Origin: a virus | Lineage: Duplodnaviria; Caudoviricetes | Reading direction: 5' to 3' (one strand) | Virus record (IMG/VR): IMGVR_UViG_3300046050_000096 | Span: 1 to 32,041 of that record | Length of the DNA: 32,041 bases | Notes under the pieces: model-generated | Database searches by the model: none | The model's input: the letters and a program-made list of their open reading frames with translations, nothing else | What the model was told of the DNA's origin: nothing | Shown here: positions 26,195 to 32,041 of the stretch, one piece after another | How positions within the stretch are numbered: position 1 is the first letter of the stretch | Layout of the letters: every line of letters starts with the position of its first letter | Program-made: the position numbers and the translations under genes

Positions 26195-26722
26195 TCAGTA
26201 GATGCGCAGATGGTAGCCCGGCTCGTCGATCTGCGCGATGATCTCGTTCGTCTCGAGGTCGCGCAGATGGCCGGAGCCGATGCGCTCCATTTCTTCCTTG
26301 ATCGCTCGTTTGTCGGCGCTGATCTTCACGCGGCGCAGGGCTGGCGGCAGGTCCTCCGAGTCCGCGAAGACGGTCGTGCCGGAACTGCTGTTGCGCTGGC
26401 GCTTGACTTTGCCGAGGCTCGTCTCGCGCTCGTCTTGCCCCCGCACTTCCATCGACGCGAGCAGCCGTTCTTTCAAGCTCTCGGCGGTATTTGCCGCAGC
26501 CTTCCGACGCTTTTTGAGCCGTTTCTCTTCGCGCTTGAAGGCCTCGGCCTGCTCTTCCATCGAGCGGATGACGGCGATGTAGCCCTCGGTTTTGTCTTCC
26601 TCGGCGTCGAGCAGCTCGTCGAAGCGCTCGTTCATTTCTTCGGTGATCTCGCCGCCGGATTCGAGGAGCGCGTTGCGTAGCGCAGTGAGCTCGTCGGTGA
26701 TTTCGTGCAGGGAGAGATTCAT
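26195..26722 (-). CDS. Siphovirus Gp157-family protein (175 aa)
   Basis: SLHEIT, K.EGYIAVIR, AFKREEKRL, LPPALRR and DKRAIKE pattern. Confidence 0.85.
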   Translation of the reverse strand: MNLSLHEITDELTALRNALLESGGEITEEMNERFDELLDAEEDKTEGYIAVIRSMEEQAEAFKREEKRLKKRRKAAANTAESLKERLLASMEVRGQDERETSLGKVKRQRNSSSGTTVFADSEDLPPALRRVKISADKRAIKEEMERIGSGHLRDLETNEIIAQIDEPGYHLRIY

Positions 26723-26768
26723 GGTTGTTTTGGGTGTGCTGGTGGAGAGAGAAAGAGAGAGTTGGAGC

Positions 26769-27719
26769 TTAAGATGCGTCGCGGAGATTCACGCCCGTCA
26801 TTTGCACCTCGGCGCACATCTCGCGCATCCGGTCGGTAAGGCGCGGTCCGATCTGATCTGAGAGGCCACCCCGACCCCGAAAGTTCGCCGAAAGGTGCGT
26901 CGGACGTTCCGTCTCATGCCTGGCCGACAGGATCTGAAAAAGGATCTTGCGCCGGTCTTCCGTCTCGTGAAAGCGGTCTTGTCGGGCGAAGGGATCGCCC
27001 ACGTCGTCGAGTATCAGCAGAGGCACCGTCTGGGCGACCTGCACCAGGAAGTCCGAGAGATCCATGTGCTCCGTACCTCCGGACGGGCCATTGACGGGCT
27101 TTCCGTAGCCGGCCTGGACGCTCTGCACCAGATCGGTGTACTTCACAAAAAGCGGCGTCCATCCCGACTCGAAAGCCGACCGCGCCAGCGTCACCAGCAA
27201 GCCGGTCTTGCCGCAGCCGTTCGGCCCGAAGAGTAGCAGGCCGCTTTTGCCGCGGAAGTCCCCCTTCTCCGAGATCGACTCGACAGCGCGGATGGCTTCG
27301 GCCTTGCCCTCCAGCCCGTCATCATCAACGCCGGCGGCCGCAGAGCAAGCCCGCCGAAGCGTATCGACGTTGAGGCCGTGGAGCCGCGGCGGGATGCCGC
27401 TGTGCGAAAAGTGCGAGTGTATGCGTTGCATGTGTCGCCGATTGGCTTCACGTCCATTTTCGCAGCCGCAGTATCGGGTCCCGAACCGCGTCCGCTGGTA
27501 GATGCCCAGCGGGTCGCAGCTGGGGCAGTCGGCGGAGTCAAGCTCGCCCCCCCTGGTACCATTCCGGGTCTTCCGGCCACCATCCCCGTCGGCCTTCGAC
27601 GAAGTCAGGTCGTTCGGTAGTGCTTCCCCCACCGTCACGGTCTTCTCGATGCGACCGCTGCTGCTGCTGCTTCGGGAGATCAGGCTTTTTGCCAGCCTCG
27701 ACGCGCTGCTGCTGCTCAT
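26769..27719 (-). CDS. DnaC/IstB-like AAA+ helicase loader; start uncertain (27719 ATG, or GTG at 27638 or 27632)
   Basis: CPSC...CGC zinc motif, SGIPPR, Walker A GPNGCGKT, Walker B LLILDDVG, RLTDRMREMC and RD terminus. Confidence 0.88.
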   Translation of the reverse strand: MSSSSASRLAKSLISRSSSSSGRIEKTVTVGEALPNDLTSSKADGDGGRKTRNGTRGGELDSADCPSCDPLGIYQRTRFGTRYCGCENGREANRRHMQRIHSHFSHSGIPPRLHGLNVDTLRRACSAAAGVDDDGLEGKAEAIRAVESISEKGDFRGKSGLLLFGPNGCGKTGLLVTLARSAFESGWTPLFVKYTDLVQSVQAGYGKPVNGPSGGTEHMDLSDFLVQVAQTVPLLILDDVGDPFARQDRFHETEDRRKILFQILSARHETERPTHLSANFRGRGGLSDQIGPRLTDRMREMCAEVQMTGVNLRDAS

Positions 27720-28584
27720 GGAGTCTTTCGAGGATGGAATGGAAAAATCCGCGATTCGGATTTTGGTCGTCGCCGGCCTGGATGATTGCAGCCAGCACCA
27801 CCGGCGGGCTGTGGTCATCCAGAAGCGAATCGAGGTCGTATTTGGCGAGGGCATTGCGGCGGCCCCAGGCGCTTTTTGAGAGCTTCGCCAGCCAGTAGGG
27901 ATCACCGATGTTGCCGCCAGATTTTGCGGCAGCGGCTTCGACGGCGGCGCGGTGCGGCTCGTCCCGCTCGGTGAAAAAATCGAGGTCGGGTATTGGCGGT
28001 GCGTCGTCGTCTGGCGGCGGTGGCGGGTCGGCCCGTGATGCGTCCGGCGGCGGTTCGGATTCCTGCGGTGGGGTCTCGCCCGCGCGCTCGCGCGACGCCG
28101 ACGACGACGTTTTATTCTGATAGTCTGAATAGTGTGATCTATTTGTGTTGTCTCGCTGTTGCGAGCGTGTTGATTGGATGTTGTCTGACTGTTGCGAGGA
28201 TTCGTCTTTTTCGCCGTTCTGACGCTCTCTGGGCCGATTCAAATTGTCTGTCTGTTGCGAGCGTGTTGATTGGATGTTGTCTGGCTGTTGCGTGTCATTT
28301 TTACCCATTCCCGCTTCCCGCTCGTCGCTGTAAAAGGTACGCTGCGCCTCCGCTTCGGCCGCGATGTCGTCGATGTTGCGGCACACCCAGGAGCGGGAGT
28401 AGCCCCAGATCCGCGCGTAGTCGCTCTGGGATTTTGGCCCGTCACGGCTGGCAAGGTCGAGGCCGTAGGAGATCACGCAGAAACGGCGCGGGAGCGGCTC
28501 GCCTTCGGCCTCGGCTTTCTCGCGCGCGAGCTGGAGCAGTTCGAAGAGGTCGGAACGCCGCGTGGGCTGGAGGAACTCGGGCAT
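27538..28584 (-). CDS. Replication initiator protein (lambda O-like architecture, 348 aa)
   Basis: N-terminal HTH (SQSDYARIWGYSRSWV), central repeat-encoded linker, immediately upstream of the DnaC-like gene. Confidence 0.75.
   Translation of the reverse strand: MPEFLQPTRRSDLFELLQLAREKAEAEGEPLPRRFCVISYGLDLASRDGPKSQSDYARIWGYSRSWVCRNIDDIAAEAEAQRTFYSDEREAGMGKNDTQQPDNIQSTRSQQTDNLNRPRERQNGEKDESSQQSDNIQSTRSQQRDNTNRSHYSDYQNKTSSSASRERAGETPPQESEPPPDASRADPPPPPDDDAPPIPDLDFFTERDEPHRAAVEAAAAKSGGNIGDPYWLAKLSKSAWGRRNALAKYDLDSLLDDHSPPVVLAAIIQAGDDQNPNRGFFHSILERLHEQQQRVEAGKKPDLPKQQQQRSHREDRDGGGSTTERPDFVEGRRGWWPEDPEWYQGGRA
28148..28292. repeat. Iteron array, putative origin of replication
   Basis: Two 49-bp copies (28148-28196 and 28244-28292, 46/49 identical), each holding two TTGTCTnnCTGTTGCG units; AT-rich stretch at about 28110-28147. 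Confidence 0.85.
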
Positions 28585-28648
28585 CGTTGGAGGGTCGGTG
28601 TTTTGTGGGTACGTCAGGCGAGGGGTGCGCAGACCGCGCGTGGGGAGG

Positions 28649-29779
28649 TCAGCTTTCGCCCGCGTCGTCCGGGCTGCCGAGCGCGGTGTTGCCTTCGAGC
28701 ATGTCATCGGCTGCTTGGCTCTGGCCCTCCGCATCGGCACTGGCCAGCTCCGCGCGCACCGGCTCGTAGACCTCCATGATCGCGTCGCGCTGGGAAGCGG
28801 AGGGCTGTGGGTACGCCTCCGAAAAGGCTTCCATCGCGGCGCTGACTTGCTCTTGACGCGCCTCGTGAGTGTCGGCCTCCATCGCCTGCGCGAGGTCCTC
28901 TTCCAGCGCTTCGAGGTCGTCCTCAAAAGACGCTTCCTCTTGCTCGCCAGTGGGCTCGCCTCCCGAGTCGAAGGCGTCCGTCTGCGCGGGGTCCGCGTTG
29001 TAGTTGCGCGCCTTCTTCTCTCGGTAGGCGTCTTCGATGATCTCGTCGTAGTCTTCGCGCGTGATGTCCCGCGTCGAGTCGTAGCCGTGCGCGTCGATCA
29101 GGCGACGGAGGCCCGCTTCGGTGTACCCGCCTTCATTCTTCGCGATGGCGAAGAGGCGCTTCCGCTGCGGCTGCGAGATCGTGCGCCCGTCACGGACCTG
29201 CGCGGGCTCGCGCACCTCGCCGGTCTCGTGATCTACGTCCACCGCCTCGGCGCTGGGGATCGTGCCCAGCTCGGACTCGTCGAGCCAGCCGAGCCCGCAG
29301 ATCGAGAGCGTGACGCGCCGCTTCGCTTTCGTCATGGCCTTCATCCGCGCGTTCGCCAGCGCGTCGCCTCCGCCGGGCGCGCTCACGACGCCTTCGTCCA
29401 CGTCGGTACGCCCTTCTTCGTCGCGGGCGTATGCGGTGACGGTGTACAGGCCCGTGTTCGGCTCGTAGTCTTTCTCGATCTGGGTGATCGAGACGCCATT
29501 GATGCGACGGAGCTGGTCGGTCGCCCCCTTCCGCGCGTAAAGTGTCAGGTCGCCGTTGAGGCGGATGTACTCGAAGGGGCGCGTGAGGGGGTTGAGGCCG
29601 GTGCTTTCGCACGTCTTGCGGTAGTAGGCGACGCGCTGGTCGGCTGTCAACTTCGAGAGGTCGCCCTCGAGGAGCGCCTGCTCGACGCCCTCGATGCTGG
29701 GCATCGTCTGTGCGGCGGGATCGGCTATCGCTTGCGTCGCGCCGTCGCCAGTCGTCTGAACTGCTTGCGTGTCTTCCAT
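28649..29779 (-). CDS. Putative single-strand annealing recombinase (RecT/Red-beta-like, 376 aa)
   Basis: CESTGLNPLTRPFEYI and MKAMTKAKRRVTLSICGLG motifs, ISQPQRKRLFAIA C-domain, acidic tail. Confidence 0.7.
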   Translation of the reverse strand: MEDTQAVQTTGDGATQAIADPAAQTMPSIEGVEQALLEGDLSKLTADQRVAYYRKTCESTGLNPLTRPFEYIRLNGDLTLYARKGATDQLRRINGVSITQIEKDYEPNTGLYTVTAYARDEEGRTDVDEGVVSAPGGGDALANARMKAMTKAKRRVTLSICGLGWLDESELGTIPSAEAVDVDHETGEVREPAQVRDGRTISQPQRKRLFAIAKNEGGYTEAGLRRLIDAHGYDSTRDITREDYDEIIEDAYREKKARNYNADPAQTDAFDSGGEPTGEQEEASFEDDLEALEEDLAQAMEADTHEARQEQVSAAMEAFSEAYPQPSASQRDAIMEVYEPVRAELASADAEGQSQAADDMLEGNTALGSPDDAGES

Positions 29780-29795
29780 TGGGTCAGAGGGGGGG

Positions 29796-30239
29796 TCAGT
29801 TGCGAGAGAGCGAGACGGTGCCGCCGGTCGACGGCGAGAAGCGGGTCCAGAGCGCGGGCGTCGGCCCCAGGAGGCCCCGCCGCTCGCGCAGGAAGGCCAC
29901 GCGCCCGGCGTCCTGGACGCGACGCAGCGCGGTGGGGCCCGTGCCGATGGCGTACGCGCCGGGCGCGCCCAGCTGCATGAGCGTAGGCTTCGGCGCGAGC
30001 GGGATCATGTCGCGGCCGGGACGTTGTTGGGGCGTTTCGGAGGATGATTTCACGGGCCAGAGATAAGGTTGAGCGGGCAGCAGGGTGAAGAGCGAAGAAT
30101 GGCAGAAGCTGCGCGGCGGCCGGTTTTTCCGCCTTCTGCGCGCCTGGCGCAGCCTGCGGACGTGAGAGCGGATGACGCTGGCGAGGTAGCCGGCGCCGAG
30201 CGCGCACGGAGCAGCCAGAATGAGCAGCGCGAGGAGCAT
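29796..30239 (-). CDS. Hypothetical protein with N-terminal TM helix and basic stretch (147 aa); may start internally at 30008
   Basis: MLLALLILAAPCALGAGYLA start overlaps the upstream stop (TGATG). Confidence 0.45.
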   Translation of the reverse strand: MLLALLILAAPCALGAGYLASVIRSHVRRLRQARRRRKNRPPRSFCHSSLFTLLPAQPYLWPVKSSSETPQQRPGRDMIPLAPKPTLMQLGAPGAYAIGTGPTALRRVQDAGRVAFLRERRGLLGPTPALWTRFSPSTGGTVSLSRN

Positions 30240-30559
30240 CACGAGGCCACCTCCGGCGTGCCCGCCGAGCCGCCGCCTCCTTGCAGGTCGGTGTGCTCCA
30301 CACACGCGGCCGGGACGACCATCGCGCAGCGCTCGCGCACCTGCGTCGAGTAGCGCGTGGGCTGCGTGCGTTCCGTCCAGGACAGACGGACGATGCGCCC
30401 CGAGACATTCACCTTCTCGTGGATCGGTGCGGGGCGTCCTTTCGGAAAGCACTCGCCGATCCATTCGTCGGCGGCTTCCAACGGGCACGAGGCGCGGTAC
30501 AGCTGCACGCCGCCGCGGTCGGAGAGGACGGCCCAGCGTGGGGAAGAGTCTTCGGACAT
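30239..30559 (-). CDS. Hypothetical protein (106 aa)
   Basis: Co-oriented, C/A-rich leader, coupled to the next ORF. Confidence 0.6.
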   Translation of the reverse strand: MSEDSSPRWAVLSDRGGVQLYRASCPLEAADEWIGECFPKGRPAPIHEKVNVSGRIVRLSWTERTQPTRYSTQVRERCAMVVPAACVEHTDLQGGGGSAGTPEVAS

Positions 30560-30577
30560 GGGTGGTGCGTGGTGAGT

Positions 30578-31012
30578 CTACTTGCGGTGCTTTCGGGGCT
30601 GCTTGACCTGGTATCCGTCCACGATGCCCGCCTCGACGGACGACTCGTATTTGCGGATTTCCGCTTCGGTGATGCGCACGGTGCGCTTCCCGCCGATGCG
30701 GACGGCGCGCAGCGGGCAGTCGCCGTCTTCGCAGAGGCGGCGCACGCTGTCGGCAGAGAGGCAGGCGTCCCAGTCGTCGGGGTCCACGTCGAGCGGGTCG
30801 CGCCCGGTCGTGAGGCGCACGCCCGCTTCCTCGTAGGTGTACTTCCGCCGCTCGGGCGGCTCGTCGTTGCCGTAGCGGACGCGCTCGTCTACGCGCTCCA
30901 GTTTTTCGAGCACGCCGTCGAGCGTCTTGCGCAGGCGCGCCAGCTCGACAGCCGGGTCGTCGTCCCCCAGCGCGTCGGGTCGGTCGTTTCCGGTCGGGGC
31001 CGTCTGGCTCAT
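30578..31012 (-). CDS. Excisionase-like (MerR-type HTH) DNA-binding protein (144 aa)
   Basis: YTYEEAG...LSADSVRRLCEDG..LRAVRIGG..TVRITEAEI motif with N-terminal coiled coil. Confidence 0.7.
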   Translation of the reverse strand: MSQTAPTGNDRPDALGDDDPAVELARLRKTLDGVLEKLERVDERVRYGNDEPPERRKYTYEEAGVRLTTGRDPLDVDPDDWDACLSADSVRRLCEDGDCPLRAVRIGGKRTVRITEAEIRKYESSVEAGIVDGYQVKQPRKHRK

Positions 31013-31066
31013 GGCGCGTGAGAAGCGTCGGCAGGAAAAGTCAGCTGGCAGGGTCAAGCGAAGCGG

Positions 31067-31405
31067 TCAATGCAGGCGCCGTATCGTTACGCGGTCGTTG
31101 TCTTCTTTGGCCTCCCACGCGTCTACCCAGGCGATGGCGACGTAGGGCACGCCGCTGATGCGCCCGATTTCGACGAGCTCGTCAAAAGGTACGTCGCCCG
31201 GCGGCTCGACCTCTTCGGCGATCTCTTGGACCTGGACGGTGCGCCGGTGCGCCTCCCAGCGCAGCTCGTGCAGGCGGTTTTCGAGGCGGTCGATCTCGTC
31301 TCGCTGGTGCTGGAGCTTTTTGCAGGAGTCGTTGAAATCTTTCCGCGTCGGCTCGTCGGGGATGGAAAGTCGCTGTTCGGGGTTTCGGTTGAGTTTGTCT
31401 TTCAT
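31067..31405 (-). CDS. Hypothetical coiled-coil protein (112 aa); frame is also open from an ATG at 31561
   Basis: MKDKLNRN start; coiled-coil LQHQRDEIDRLENRLHEL. Confidence 0.6.
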   Translation of the reverse strand: MKDKLNRNPEQRLSIPDEPTRKDFNDSCKKLQHQRDEIDRLENRLHELRWEAHRRTVQVQEIAEEVEPPGDVPFDELVEIGRISGVPYVAIAWVDAWEAKEDNDRVTIRRLH

Positions 31406-31442
31406 GTCGGAGCGGGGAATGGGGTGAGGTAGGGAAGCCTTT

Positions 31443-31875
31443 CGGCTGGGATTGAGTGAAAGGGTTGAGTGAGGTTGTGGCGTGAGGCCCCGTGCGAGCA
31501 GCGCGCAGCCGCGCCGGGAATCCGCGGCGGCCTCGCTGCGCGTGATGGTTGGATCACTCATCGGGAGGGTCGTCTTGGCCCACGTAGGCGCGTAGCGCGT
31601 CGAGCGTGCGGGGGATCGAGTTTTCCCCTTCTGCGGCGGGGGTGTAGACCTTGAAGCCATTGTCGCCGGCGTACTCGTGGATCATCACGATCCGCCCGCG
31701 CACGCCCCATGCGTGGATGACGCTGTTGTTGTTCGTTGCGACGTTGGGGAAGGTTGAGAGGTGGTGGCCGCCCCGTTTGAGCAGAAAGTCGGTGATTTGC
31801 TTCATCGGGGGTTGCTTCATCGTGTCGGACATGGTAGCGGCTGGGATTGAGTGGAAGGGTCGAGTGAGGTTGTGG
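31443..31875. repeat. 38-bp direct repeats flanking gene 31554..31832
   Basis: 31443-31480 and 31838-31875, 36/38 identical. Confidence 0.88.
31554..31832 (-). CDS. Hypothetical protein (92 aa)
   Basis: ATG 5 nt after the repeat leader; co-oriented. Confidence 0.7.
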   Translation of the reverse strand: MSDTMKQPPMKQITDFLLKRGGHHLSTFPNVATNNNSVIHAWGVRGRIVMIHEYAGDNGFKVYTPAAEGENSIPRTLDALRAYVGQDDPPDE

Positions 31876-31888
31876 GCGTGGCGTCGGG

Positions 31889-32041
31889 TCAGAGCGACAC
31901 GGTAGCTTCGGTGGCCATGCCGTCGCCGGTCGGGGGCCCTTCGCCAGCCCGTATCGCGTCGATCTCGGCCAGCAACGCCCGCCCGCCAGCGATGGCGCGG
32001 CGCGCCTGCTGCCCGGCCTTGCGCAGCGACTCCGACGCGAT
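31889..32041 (-). CDS. 3' end of a gene starting beyond the window
   Basis: Open frame IASESLRKAGQQ...EATVSL ending in TGA at 31889-31891. Confidence 0.55.
   Translation of the reverse strand: MASESLRKAGQQARRAIAGGRALLAEIDAIRAGEGPPTGDGMATEATVSL

Larger units (their letters stand above)
1..32041 (-). mobile_element. Tailed phage or prophage genome segment (siphovirus-like), extending beyond the window
   Basis: Contiguous, largely co-oriented replication, lysis, packaging, head and tail modules with many overlapping stop/start codons; no host housekeeping genes seen. Confidence 0.95.

Noticed and set aside
28148-28292. CRISPR array or DGR template/variable repeat pair
   Set aside because: Repeats are in-frame within the initiator gene, lack unique regular spacers, and no cas or reverse transcriptase gene is present.

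Overview
The whole window is the genome of a tailed dsDNA phage or prophage with siphovirus-type organisation, GC-rich and almost entirely on the minus strand. In transcription order (right to left) it holds: small early genes and an excisionase-like HTH; a single-strand annealing protein; a replication initiator with internal iterons; a DnaC/IstB-like loader; Gp157; a long ParB-family protein; a two-gene plus-strand island (Mor/C-like activator and XerC/D-like tyrosine recombinase with an adjacent palindromic site); a lysis cassette; TerS, TerL and portal; three small inserted genes; MuF; scaffold; major capsid; head-tail joining genes; tail tube genes; tail chaperones with a lambda-type GGGAAAG -1 frameshift; tape measure; and tail-tip proteins. 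Acidic proteins and C/A-rich leaders without Shine-Dalgarno motifs suggest a halophilic Rhodothermota/Bacteroidota host (inference only). Most unusual: a major capsid protein with a ~61-aa signal-peptide-like leader and no phage prohead protease; three tail-tube paralogues, two fused to related LamG-like domains; a lower-GC tail gene with an intact beta-lactamase/PBP-type domain; a G12 tract that can switch the ParB C-terminus; and a TGT(G/C)ACA box shared by three late intergenic regions. All family calls are from motif recognition by eye; no database search was run.
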